From NCBI RefSeq assembly GCF_964213995.1, contig NW_027591308.1:1-64000 (forward strand): a DNA stretch of 64,000 nucleotides, given 5' to 3'. This stretch comes from Mustelus asterias. Taxonomy: Eukaryota. A program made the position numbers and the translations under genes. Shown here in pieces: positions 49,977 through 62,430 of this stretch. The notes beneath the pieces are model-generated. The model saw only the letters and a program-made list of their open reading frames with translations. It ran no database searches and had not been told where the DNA came from. Numbering within the stretch: the first letter of the stretch is position 1; each line of letters begins with the position of its first letter.

Positions 49977-51159
49977 ACAATGACAGATGTGTTAATCATG
50001 CAATTTACTGATATTGTTACTGAAATACATTGGAAGCAATGGAATTGGGAAAGCCTGTCAGGAACTTGCAACTTCACTGATTCAACTCATCCTGAACTGT
50101 TCGAAAAACAGAAATCATCTCCAGTCAGAAACACAATGAGCTGCAATAAAGGGCTGGCACGATTTAAACGTTACTTAACCTCGTCTGCTTCTCAAGCTCC
50201 GAACAGAAATGAAAATAAAACTTCATGTTGAAGTGTTCAGGGCCTTCACTTCGGGACACATGGTGAGTTTGTGCGTTATATGTTCTACCAGGCAATAACT
50301 GACATCTGTTTTCACGGTTTAGATGAGAGCAATAAATCTTCATTTTCTGACCTGCAGTCAAAACATTAGTGAAAGTGTCAATCTCTAACCCCCAGGGCAG
50401 CAGCTTGCAACGTGTTTTAGAATTTGCTTTATCCACGCTGCGTTTGTTATTTTTATTTTCACGCAAGGCCACTTTCACCATAAACAAGTTTCTCCTGAAA
50501 AATGGAACCTTCTGGTTCAATACAGTGATGTGTTCAGCCAATGACAGCACACAGCAATCACTCCACTGCAGTTAACGTTTTCGCATCCGACGGTGCGAAG
50601 CCGGACATAAACCTTTCCAATTGCTTTTCATTGCAGAGTGAGGGAAAAGTTTCATAATTCACTAACAGTGTAATCGGTAAAATCTCACCAATTATAATCC
50701 AGATTTTACCTATTCTTCGCGCTTGACAAACCATCACTGTCCTTCTCTTTCTGTGTTTGTTCTTGAACTGTTGCACATGTGACATTTCCAGGTCTGATGT
50801 AAACTTTCAATCCTCAATCGGCTGATTCCAGTAGATCTGCTTTCGATCAAAGCTTAAATCATCTTATTTTAATTGTTTGCTGAGAGCAATGAATCTTCTC
50901 TTCCTGAGCGAGAATTGAAACCAAATATCACTGGGGGAGTGCTGAACACAAACCACAGGACTACCAGAGTAACTGGTGAAATCAGTTTTCCGAACTGTAC
51001 TCCTTCGCTTATTATTTTCATCCCTGATCGTTTTCACTAGAGACAAGATTCTCCGTCAAAGTGTCCCGTTTGGATGGAGCATCGGTGCTTCCTTCAGCCA
51101 ATGAGAACACCAATTGAGTTCGCTGGGACATGAAATCGATAGTGAGTGAAATCGTCCCA

Positions 51160-51660
51160 CAAGATGCTGAAGTGATCGAGGTATATAAAATTCTAAAAGC
51201 GATTGATAGAATAAACGTAGACCAAATGTTTCTTCTTATTGGGCTACTGAGAACAAGAGATCGCATGTGCATAAAAGCAAAATACTGTGGATGCTGGAAT
51301 CTGAAAAACAAATAGAAAAAGTTGGAAAATCTCAGCTGTTCTGTCACATCTGTGGGGAAAGGATAGAACGAAAGTTTCGAGTCTAGATGACATTTTGTCA
51401 GAGCTAGTGTCAAATGTACAGGTTGAGAGGCGGTAGACGTATTACTGAGTTGTTGAGGAACTACTTATCGCTGACGGTCGTGGATTTGTGGAACTTGCTG
51501 CCCCATAGCATGGTGGAGTCTGAATCATTAACAGGCTTCAAGAAAGAGTTCAGGTGGGTACGTGAATTTGAGACCAGGGAGAGATCAGCCATGAACTGGT
51601 TGAATGCCAGAGCAAGCTCGAAGAACTGAATTTGCATTTTTCAGATCTTATTTCCTCTCG
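51160..51660 (+). mobile_element. Old CR1 3' end interrupted by a family A element (about 51273-51406)
   Basis: VIEVYKILKAIDRIN.. resumes YRLRGGR..VVDLWNLLP. Confidence 0.75.
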
Positions 51661-51994
51661 TCTTAAGTGAAATTTTCAAGTTTCAAAACCCACAACCACA
51701 TCAAAGTGGCAGGTGTGCAATCTATGTTCAGCACATCCACAGGTTCCCCTTTATCCACAGCACATGTGAGTCCAGTAAAGTACTTTGGACTGGCCTCAAT
51801 CTCCCATTTAATCACTCCTGACGCCCATCTCATCAGCTGTTGTTATGTTTCCTCCCTCCCGGATATCACTTTTTAAAAACTTCCTACATTTCTAACCATT
51901 TCATGTTTGAATTAAACGTCATGGAGATGATAATTGATCTTTGTTTCCCTGTGTGCACACACGGCCTGACTTCCTGCGTTTTTTCAGCCCTTTC

Positions 51995-53556
51995 ATAAAG
52001 GGATAAAGGGGGAGGTGGCTAGATGGGTGGAGAACTGGCTTGGTCATAGAAGACAGTGGAAGGGTCTTTTTCCGGCTGGAGGCCTGTGACTAGTGGTGTT
52101 CCGCAGGGCTCTGTATTGGGACCTCTGCTGTTTGTGATTTATGTAAATGATCTGGAAGAAGGAGTAACTGGGGTGATCAGTAAGTTTGCGGACGACACAA
52201 AACTGGCAGGACTTGCAGATAGTGAGGAACATTGTCAGAGGCTACAGAAGGATATAGATAGGCTGGAAATTTGGGCAAAGAAATGGCAGATGGAGTTCAA
52301 TCCTGATAAATGCGAAGTGATGCATTTTGGTGGGAATAATGTAGGGAGGAGCTACACGATAAATGGAAGAACCATAAAGGGTGTAGAGACGCAGAGGGAC
52401 CTGGGTGTGCAAGTCCACAGATCTTTGAAGGTGACGTCACAGGTGGAGAAGGTGGTGAGGAAGGCATATGGCATGCTTGCCTTTATAGGACGGGGCATAG
52501 AGTATAAAAGTTGGGGTCTGATGTTGCAGATGTATAGAACGTTGGTTCGGCCGCATTTGGAATACTGCGTCCAGTTCTGGTCGCCACACTACCAGAAGGA
52601 CGTGGAGGCTTTGGAGAGAGTACAGAGGAGGTTTACCAGGATGTTGTCTGGTATGGAGGGGCTTGGTTATGAGGAGAGATTGGGGAAACTGGGGTTGTTC
52701 TCCTTGGAAAGACGGAGGATGAGGGGAGACTTAATAGAGGTGTATAAAATTATGAAAGGCATAGATAGGGTGAACGGTGGGAAGCTTTTCCCCGGGTCGG
52801 TGATGACGTTCACGAGGGGTCATAGGTTCAAGGTGAAGGGGGAGAGGTTTAACACAGATATCAGAAGGACATATTTTACACAGAGGGTCGTGGGGGCCTG
52901 GAATGTGTTGCCGGGCAAGGTGGTGGAGGCGGACACACTGGGAACGTTTAAGACTTATCTAGACAGCTATATGAACGGAGTGGGAATGGAGGGATACAAA
53001 AGAGTGGTCTAGTTTGGACCAGGGAGCGGCGCGGGCTAATTGTTCTTTGTTTCTCGTTTCAAAGCTTCATTCTATGATCATCTTACTGGTGCCAGTACAG
53101 AGCGAGACTGCGGATAGTTGGGAACCTGCCTCGGGGGCAGGGAATTCAGATGGTGTTCGTAAAGCAGAAGTGGAAATGAATAGGGTTGGGAAGCATTTTC
53201 TGATCAGGGCCAGTGTGATCTCCTGGACTCGTTTCGATCGCCTCAGGGGGTCGGAGAGGAATTTCCCAGATTTTTATTCCCCATATTGGCCCTGGGGTTT
53301 TCACTCTGGGTTTTCGCCTCTCCCTGGAGATCACATGGTCTGGAATGGGGCGGGGTGGGGGTGAGTTAATAGGTTGTGATGAACAAAGCATCGTAGCTGT
53401 GAGGGACAGCTCGGTGGATAGGATATTAGGATGTAGATAGGCTGGAAAATTGGGCGGGGATCCTGGATTCAGGATTCAATCCTGGACCGGGGAGCGGCGC
53501 GGGCTTGGAGGGCCGAAGGGCCTGTTCCTGTGCTGTATTGTTCTTTGTTCTTTGTC
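51995..53556 (+). mobile_element. CR1 LINE 3' part (open RT C-terminal frame 52056-53012) with extended 3' UTR
   Basis: [21 protein letters not shown], (TTCTTTG)n tail. Confidence 0.95.
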
Positions 53557-53637
53557 TTTGTTCACCTTGCACTGCAGATGTCTAATCAGTTTTGGATGGC
53601 AATGAGAATGTAATGTCTAACCTGTGTTCCTCTCGGT

Positions 53638-53729
53638 GGCTCGTAGGTCTTGGGGTTATAATTCTCTCTTTGAGTATTATAGATCCACAAAGTTGCAAGA
53701 GGTCTCGGGTTCATATCCGAATTATTCAT
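53638..53729 (+). pseudogene. tRNA-Pro (TGG-derived) relic with 19-nt intron (53675-53693) at position 37/38
   Basis: GGCTCGTAGGTCTTGGGGTTATAATTCTCTC-TT-TGA-G-[TATTATAGATCCACAAAGT]-T-GCAAGAGGTCTCGGGTTCATATCC. Confidence 0.8.
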
Positions 53730-53977
53730 TTAGGTTCTGTGTCCAACAGGCCAAGCCATGGATTTGTTAGTTTATTGTCCGTGTGCACGGCAGGAGTGGG
53801 TTACATGGGGTTTTGTATGAGAACCTGAACACACGCTGAAGGGATTGTATCAACATAACATGCTCAAAACTAAATCACGACCCTCTCAAAAGACGCTTGT
53901 GGATATTCACTTTACACCTATTCGTCAATTCAGAGGAACCCATGCTTGTGGGTTCAGAAAGCTGTTGTGTGTATCAT

Positions 53978-54105
53978 CATGATGTGGAGATGCTGGCGAT
54001 GAACTGGTGTGGGCATAGTAAGAAGTCTCAGAACATCAGACTAAAGCCAAAAAGTTTTTATTAACCAAAAAACAAGTTTTCAGAGCGCTGCGCCTTCATC
54101 AGGTA
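53978..54105 (-). mobile_element. Family B hammerhead element, diverged copy
   Basis: Reverse complement CCTGATGAAGGCGCAGCGCTCTGAAAAC..CATCTCCACATCATG. Confidence 0.7.
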
Positions 54106-54118
54106 AGTGGTATGTATT

Positions 54119-54426
54119 GGGGTGTTACGGTGGCAGAGTGGTTAGCATTGCTGCTTCAGAAACTAGAGACCCGCATTCGATTCCCAGCAAGGGTAACTGT
54201 CTGTTTGAAGTTTGCAAGTTCTCCCCATGTTTGCGTGTGTTATTTCTGGCTGATCCAGTTCCCTTCCACGTCAAAAAAATTGCCTTTTAGGTGCATTGGC
54301 CACGCTAAATTGCACCTTAGAGTCTTGCTCGTATAAATACATGGGGTTATGTGGATAGTGTCTCTGTGGGATTTTGGTCGATGCTGACTCGATTGGCCGA
54401 ATGGCGTCCTTCTGCACTGCATTATA
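54119..54426 (+). mobile_element. HE1-type SINE, diverged
   Basis: GTGGTTAGCATTGCTGC head, GGCCGAATGGCGTCCTTCTGCACTG tail. Confidence 0.8.
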
Positions 54427-54886
54427 GTATTACTCATGGGTTCTTGATGTCTGCTCTGTCTTTCGTTGTCGCTCTATAACTGTATCGGTTTCTTTCAGTC
54501 TCTGTCTGTGCATCGATCACTGTTTTCTCTTTGCTCCTTCTATTCTGTCGCTGTCTGTGTGTAACCAAGGTCCTCTGGGTTGATTTCTATTGTGAGGCTG
54601 TTCTCCTGGGCGGAGGGATCCAGTTGGATGAATATGGTCTCTCTGTAGTGTAGAATGAGAGGTGATCACAATGAAATGTCTGAAATTGGGAGACAGTTTG
54701 ACAGGGTACATGCTGTATGGCTTCACCTGCTGGCTGGAGTATTTGAACAAAAATACTAAGGTGAAAGATGTAAGACGAGTTTTTAATGTTTGGAAGGACA
54801 TGAATCTAAGACGTAGAAGATCCCAATGATGTCAATGATTATTGAGAGGAATGCATTGTAACCTTCGGGAATCTCTAGGGCAATCA

Positions 54887-57720
54887 CAGAGTCATAGAGT
54901 CATAGAGGTTTACAGCATTGAAACAGGCTGTTCGGCCCTACTTGTCCATGCCACCCTTTCTTTTTAAACCCCAAAGCTAGTCCCAATTGTCCGCATTTGG
55001 CCCATGTCCCTCTGTACACATCTTACCTATGTAATTGTCCAAATGCTTTTTAAAAGTCAAAATTGTACTCGCCTCTACTACTACTTCTGGCAGCTTGTTC
55101 CAGACACTCAACACCCTCTGTGTAAAGAAAATGCCCCGCTGGACACTTTTGTATCTTTCCTCTCTCAACTTAAACCTATGCCCTCTAGTTTAAGATTCCC
55201 CTACCTTTGGGAAAATATATTGACTATCTTGCTGATTTGTGCCCCTCATTATTTTATAGACCTCTATAAAATCATCCCTCAGCCTTCTACGCTCCAGGGG
55301 AAAAAGTCTCAGTCTATCCAACCTCTCCTTATAACACAAACCATCAAGTCCCGGTAGCATCCTAGTAAATCTCTTCTGCACTCTTTCTCGTTTAATAATA
55401 TCCTTTCTATAATAGGGTGACCAGAACTGTACACAGCATTCCAAGTGTGGCCTTACTAATGTCTTGTACAACTTCAACAAGACGTCCCAACTCCTGTTTT
55501 CAATGTTCTGACCAATGAAACCAAGCATCCTGAATACTTTCGTCACCACTCTCTCCACCTGTGACTCCACTTTCAAGGAGCTATGAACCTATACCCCCTA
55601 GATCTCTTTGTTCTGTAACTCACCCCAGCGCCCTACCCCTAACTGAATAAGTCCTGCCCAGCTTCAATCTAAAAAAAAATGCATCACCTCGCATTTATCG
55701 AAATTAAACTCCCTTGTTTGATTCATTGTAAACGTTGTAATCAGATCAAGCTGACACACCTGATGGGGAAACAAAACACACATTTGCCTCCATAGATTTG
55801 GGGATTTGGAATACTAGCTAGTCAACGTGCCTGGCTAGCTCAGTCGGCAGAGTATGAGACTCTTGATCGCAGTCATCGTGGGATCGAGCCCGACGTTATT
55901 CGCAGCTGTTTTCAAACTTTGCCCCTTTCCTGGGTGAACTCCAATGCTTCCAATCCTCTCGAGGCGTCACCGCTCAAACTGAGTTTTTCTCCATCCCACT
56001 TTTTTAAGCTGAAAGTTAATGATTTATGACTGAAAACTGCCTTCAAGTCATTGGAAGGCGAGGGATTTTGTGCATAATTCATAACTGACATATGAATCCA
56101 GATCTGAGAGATTGCATCAGTGTAAGCATTAAACATCCCCATTGACATTCAGTCACCCCAGCCTTACATCCTATCACAAGACCGTTTGTTCTTTCACAAT
56201 TGATCAATATCCCGTTGCAATCCAAGAGAAACTTCTTTTCTGTTCACGATGTCATCTATCTCGGTGTCATCTGCAACCTTACAAACTATGCCTCCTAAAT
56301 TCTCATCCAAATCATTAATAAACATGACAAATAACAGTGCATCCAACGGTGAGACACACCGCTGGTCACAGGCCTTCAGTTTGAAAAACAATCCTCTACA
56401 ACGACCCTCTGTGTTCTGTCGTCAAGCCAACTTTGTATCAATTTGGCTACCTCACCCATAATACCGTGAGAATGAACGTTATGCAACAACCTACCATGTG
56501 ATATCTTGTCAAAGGCCTTGCTAAAGTCCATGTAGTCAATATCAACTGCACTTCCCTCATGTACCTTCTTGGTTACCCCTTCAAAAAACCCCATCAAATT
56601 TGTGAGAAATGATTTTCCACTCACAATGCCACACTGAGTTTCCCTAATCAGTCCTTGCCTCTCTAAATGCCTGCAGATCCCTGCCTCTCAGAATGCCTTC
56701 AAACAAGTAACCCACTACAGATATGAGGCTCACCGGCCTGTAATTCCCAGGCTTTTCCTTGCAGCCCATTTGAAACAAATGCACGACATTTGCCATCCTC
56801 CAATCTTCAGTCACCTCTGGCTGTCCATGATTCAAATATCTCTGCTCGGGGGCAGTCAATTTCGTCCTTGGCCTCCCACAACGTCCTGCAATGCACATCA
56901 TCAGGTCCTTGCGATGTATCTACCTTGATGCGCTTTGAGACATCCAGCATCTCCTTCTCGTTACACGCCTCAATACATCACTATTTATATCGCTAATTTC
57001 CCTAACATCCATGCCTTTTGCAACACTAAATACTGACAAATATTCATTTAGCAACTGATCCATCTCTTGTGGATCCGCACATAAATGACCTTGTTGATTC
57101 TGAAGAGGCGCTACTCTGTCCCCTAGTTACTCTTTTACCCTTTATATACTTGTAGAAACTCTTTGGATTCTCCTTTGCCTTATCTGCCGTGTGCCCTTTT
57201 TGCTCTCCTGACTCCTCTTATCTCTACTCCTACACTCTCTATATTCTTCAAGGACCCACTTGATCCCAGCTGCATATGCATGTCATTTTCTTCCTTTTTA
57301 TTCTTGACCAGGGCCTCAATATCCCCAGTCATCCAGGGTTCCCTCCTTCTACCAGCCTTGCCCTTCACTCTCAGAGGAATGTGCTTGCCCTGCAACCTGG
57401 TTCACAGACCTTTGAAAGCTTCCCACTTACCAGACGCCCCTTTACCTGCCAAAAAACTCCCCCAATTAACTTTTGAAAGTTCCTGTCTGATACCATCAAC
57501 ATTGGCCTTGCCCCAATTTAGAATTCCAACTTTTGGGCCAGCCTTTCGTTCTCCATAATTATCTTAAAACTAATGGAATTATGGTCACTCGTCCCAAAGT
57601 GATCCCTCGCTCTACTTCTGTCACCTGCTCTTCCTTATTTCCCAAGAGGAGGTCAAGTTTCGCCCTCTCTCCATTCGGAACATTCACATACTGAATGAGA
57701 AGTTCCTCCTGAATACACAC
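54887..57720 (-). mobile_element. Older CR1 LINE (ORF2, many stops) interrupted at about 55713-56194 by non-LINE DNA containing a tRNA-Lys relic
   Basis: LYKTLVRPHLECCVQFWSP; [13 protein letters not shown]; PGNYRPVSL; CATAGAGT tail. Confidence 0.9.
55829..55902 (+). pseudogene. tRNA-Lys(CTT) pseudogene
   Basis: GCCTGGCTAGCTCAGTCGGCAGAGTATGAGACTCTTGATC..TCGAGCCCGACGTT. Confidence 0.85.
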
Positions 57721-57721
57721 G

Positions 57722-59090
57722 ACATGTATACAAGGATAGAAGGCACTCCAGCCAAATTTGCAGAAGACTCACAAATAGGCAGGATAGTAAGTTGCAAAGA
57801 AGAAATAAGAACCTTACAAATGAATATAGATAGGTTGGGAGAGTGGGCGAAAATGTGGCAGATGGAGTTTAACGTGGAAAATTCTGAGGTCATGCATTTT
57901 GTTCGGAAAAATGGGAAGACTTACTATCTAAATGGGGAGAAACTTTGGGGTACTCCGGTGCAGAGGGATCTGGATGCCCTCGTTCTTGAGTCACAGGAAT
58001 CTACCATGCAGGTACAGCAGATAAAGAAAGTGAAAGGAATGTTGGCAGTTATAGCTAAAGGAATAGAATATAAAGGCAAGGAAGTATTGCTGCAACTATA
58101 GAAGGTATTGGTGAGGCCGCGCCTGAAGTATTGTGCGTAGTTCTGTTCTGCTTATTTGAGGAAAAATGTAGTGGCATTGGAGGCAGTTCAGAGGAAGTTT
58201 ACAAGATTGCTTCCAGAGATGAAGGGTTTGTCGTATGAAGAGAAATTGAACAATTTAGGCCTATACACTCTATAATTGAGACGAATTAGGGGAGAACAAA
58301 TTGAGGTATACAAGATGATAAAAGGCATGGATAAAGTAGACGTGGAGCGAATGCTTCGTTTGGTGGGACCTTCTGGGACGGGAGGTCATGGCCTTAGGAT
58401 AAGGGGTTGCAAATTTAAAACAGAGTTGAGGAGGAACTACATCTCCCAAAAGGGTTTTGACTCTGTGGAATTCGCTGCTCCAAAGTGCGGTGGAAGCTGG
58501 GGCAGTGCGTAAATTTAAGGAGAAGTTAGACAGATTTTTAATTGGCAATGGGTTGAAGGGTTATGGGGAGAAGGCAGGAAAATGCTGATGAAGAGCATAT
58601 CATCCATGATGGAATGGCGGCGCGGACTCGATGGGCCGAATGGCTTAATTCTGCTCCTATATCTTATGAACTCTTATGGCAGACAGCAGTCGGTGATGGT
58701 TGAGGGCAGGTTTTCAGACTGGACGACTATGTCTTCTGAGGGCCCGAAGGGGTCAGTGTTCTTGCTTCTTTGGTTTAAGTGAGTGATTTCGATTTGAATG
58801 GTCAAAGCTTGAGCAGTATGTTCGCGGATGATACAAACATTGGCGAGGTGATAGATAGGGCGAAGGATAGCCTTGGTACACAGGAGGATATAGACGAGCT
58901 GGTCAGATGGCCTGATCTGTTGCAAATGGAATCCGATCCGGATCAGTGTGAGGTGATGTGCTCAGGCAGGACAAACAAGGGAAGGGAATACATGATAAAT
59001 GCAGGACTCTGGGAATCTCAGAGGGGCATTAGTGCGCATGTACAGCGGTCCCTGAATGTCGCACGACAGGTGGATAAAGCTGGTAATTGA
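57722..59090 (+). mobile_element. Two adjacent degenerate CR1 fragments (57722-58676 with 3' tail; 58680-59090)
   Basis: KFAEDSQIG..WQMEFNV; MFADDTNIG. Confidence 0.85.
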
Positions 59091-59146
59091 ATAAAAGAGG
59101 TCAAACTATTTGTGTGCCCTCATTTGGAACTAGTGGTCCTGTACCT

Positions 59147-59218
59147 GGGTCTATGGTGCAATGGTGAGCACTCTGGACTCTGAATCCAATGAACCTAACT
59201 AAAATATCGGTAGAACCT
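59147..59218 (+). pseudogene. tRNA-Gln(CTG) pseudogene
   Basis: ATGGTGCAATGGTGAGCACTCTGGACTCTGAATCCA; T-loop destroyed. Confidence 0.82.
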
Positions 59219-59293
59219 TGCCTTCCTTTACTAAAGTCGGGAATGATTTTGCTGAAGCGACGTTTATTTAAAATTCTCAAAGTGGAAAACTAA

Positions 59294-61000
59294 ACATAGA
59301 AACATAGAAATATAGACAACTACAGCACAAAACAGGCCCTTCGGCCCCACAAGTTGTGCCAAACATATCCCTACCTTTTAGGACTACCTATAACCCTCCA
59401 TCCTATTAAGTCCCATGTACTCATCCAGGAGTCTCTTTAAAGACCCTATTGAGTTTGCGTCCACGAGTACTGACGGCAGCCGATTCCACTAGCCCAACAC
59501 CCTCTGTGTGAAAAACTTCCCCCTAACATCTCCCCTGCACCTACACTCCAGCACCTTAAACCTGTGTCTTCTCGTAGCAGCCATTTCCACCCTGGGAAAA
59601 AGCCTCTGAGTGTCCACCCGATCCATGCCTCTCAACATCTTATCCACCTCTATTAAGTCCCCCCTCATCCTACGTCTCTCCAAGGAGGAAAGACCGAGCT
59701 CCTTCAGCCTATCCTCATAAGGCATGCCACACAATCCAGGCAACATCCTTGTAAATCGCCTCTGCACCCTTTCAATCTTTTCCACATCCTTCCTGTAATG
59801 AGGCGACCAGAACTGAGCACAGTACTCCAAGTGGGCTCTGACGAGGGTCTTATATAGCTGCAACATTATCCCCGGACTCCTAAACTCAATCCCTCGATTG
59901 ATAAAGGCCAGCACACCATACGCCTTCTTAACCACCTCCTCCACCTGCGGGGCCGATTTTAGAGTCCTATGGACCCGGACCCCAAGGTCCTTCTGATCCT
60001 CGATAGTACTAAGAGTCTTTCCCTTTATATTGTACTCCTTCATCCCATTTGACCTGCCAAAATGGACCACTACGCATTTATCTGGGTTGAAGTCCATCTG
60101 CCACTTTTCCGTCCAGTCTTGCATCCTATCTATGTCACGCTGTAATTTCTGACATCCCTCCAGACTATCCACAACCCCACCAAACATCGTGTCGTCGGCA
60201 AACTTACCAACCCATCCCTCCACTTCCTCATCCAGGTCATTTATTAAAATGACAAACAGCAAGGGTCCCAGAACAGACCCCTGGGGCACACCACTGTTGA
60301 CCGACCTCCATTTGGAAAAAGACCCATCTATACACACTCTCTGCCTCCTTTGGGGAAGCCAGTTCTGGATCCACAGGGCAGCAGCCCCATGAATCCCATG
60401 CCCTCTCACTTTTTCTAGACGCCTTGCATGGGGGACCTTATCGAACGCCTTGCTAAAGTCCATATAAAACACATCTGCCGCTTTCCCTTCGTCAATGTCT
60501 TTAGTCACATTTTCGAAGAAATCCACCAGGCTCGTAAGGCACGATTTGCCTTTGACAAAGCCATGCTGAGCATTCTTGAGCATACTAAACCTCTCTAAAT
60601 GCTCATAAATCTTGTCCCTCAGGATCTTCTCCATCAGCTTACCAACCACTGAGGTTAGACTCACCGGTCGGTATTTCCGCAATCCTCCAATCCTCCGGCA
60701 CCTCTCCCGTCTCCATCGACGACGCAAAGAGCATCGCCGGAGGCTCTGCAATCTCTTCCCTCGTGTCCCACAGTAACCTGGGGTACATCCCATCCGGACC
60801 CGGCGACTCATCTATCTTGATGCCATTCAAAGATTCCAGCACAACCTCTTTGTTAAAGTCTACATACTCAATCTTTTCAGTCCACCGCAAGCCCACAGTA
60901 CATCCAGCCATGTCCTTCTCCTCTGTGAAAACCGAGGCAAAACTCATTAAGCACCTCTGCCATTTCTACTGGTTCCGTACTGATTTTCCTGCTGTCACCT
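59294..61000 (-). mobile_element. CR1 LINE 3' part inserted in tRNA-Gln array B
   Basis: ORF 59489-60811 RT motifs; (TTTCTATG)n tail; array flank resumes at about 61010. Confidence 0.95.
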
Positions 61001-61009
61001 TTTGTAGAC

Positions 61010-62430
61010 GTTGAGGAAATTTCAGCAAATTCCATCGCAATCACTTTGCAGACGATGCAACGAATGGCGCCCCTGTCGTCATTGCATCAGACCCAGAGGA
61101 CGGTTGTTCAAGAATACAAACCGCTGAGAGGCAGGAAAACCACAGCGGACAGGGGGTCCACCTACGGGTGCCATTCACTCAGTCACCAGTCCCAATTTAA
61201 ACAAGAGTTCGGATGGCGAGTGTCCAGAGTGTGAACCGTTACACCATGGAACCGACAGCACTCTGACGTAAGACACTCCGATCTCCCAAAACGCACCTAC
61301 GCACACACGCACACACACACACACACAGAAACTCACACACCTGATCAATAATTGCCGGACTCCAGTCCAATGGGGTTGTTGTGTGACACCAACTGCCCCT
61401 TTGTTGCAACAGAGGAGTAAAAGAGTGGCGAAAAGATGGGGGAAAAAAACACTGATGGTGCAGGCATCTATCGCCAGAGACTCAGCAATGTGCAATGTAA
61501 AAGCAGCTGAACTGGCTGCCAAAATTGTCATCCGCATTGCTGCTCTGTGAGAAATTTAAACGAAATGTCCATCAACGAATCAACCCTCAGCAATGTCAAA
61601 GAAAAGCAAGGATCCGTCTTGTTCAGAGTGCTCACCATTGGACCAGAGAACCTTGAACATTGCAGCCGTCTGCAAATGGCCGCTCAAAGCATTTGACCTC
61701 CCTGCTGTTGCTGCCACATTGAATGAAAGGGCTCACGTGCTTTGAGTGAACATTTGCAGCTGGCTTCTGGGTTCTGTGTTGCAATGGCCAGAACTCTGGA
61801 CTCTGAATCCAGCGATGCAAGTTGAGATCTTGGTAGGATCTTGCTTTCTTTGATAAAGCCGCTGATTGTTTTTGCTGAAGGTCATTTTAATCAAAATCCT
61901 CAGAACGTGGTACACTGAGAAAATTTCACCAAATTCTACCATAATCACATTGCAGATGGTGCAGCGAATGACTCTCCTGGCGTCATTGCATCAGCCCCAG
62001 AGGACGATTGCTCAGAATTCCAAGAGCTCAGTGGCAGAAATATAGAAAGCCTTGCAGTACAGAAGGTAGCCATTCGGCCCATCGAGTCTGCACCAACAAC
62101 AATCCCACACAGGCCCTATCCCCGTAACTCCACATATGTGCCCTGTTTGCTCCCTGCCACTACGGGCAATGCAACATGGTCAATCACCTAACCCGCACAT
62201 CTTTGCACTGTGCGCTGGGAGCTCGGTTTCTTTCCACACACGCAGACACGGGGGGAATGTGCTAACTCCACACAGACAGTGACCAGAATTCAATTCTGGA
62301 CGAATGCACTGTGAGCCAGCAGTGCTACCTAATGTACCACCGTGCCAGAAAAGCCACAGATGGCAGGGAGTCCCCCTCCTGATGTCATCCACTGAGTGAG
62401 GTTTCAGAATTTAAACAAATATTAGGACGA
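61010..62430. repeat. Decayed tRNA-Gln array B (inverted paralogue of array A): relics at about 61190-61252 (-), 61622-61652 (-), 61769-61840 (+)
   Basis: Spacers are reverse complements of array A spacers (e.g. CATTGCATCAGCCCCAGAGGACG; TGCTGTTGCTGCCACATTGAATG). Confidence 0.8.
62040..62346 (-). mobile_element. HE1-type SINE, diverged
   Basis: CCATTCGGCCCATCGAGTCTGCACC, CTCCACACAGACAGTGACC. Confidence 0.85.

Noticed and set aside
53671-53673. Pro body with TGA (Ser) anticodon as a recoding tRNA
   Set aside because: Anticodon and acceptor stems are broken; simple decay from TGG is more likely
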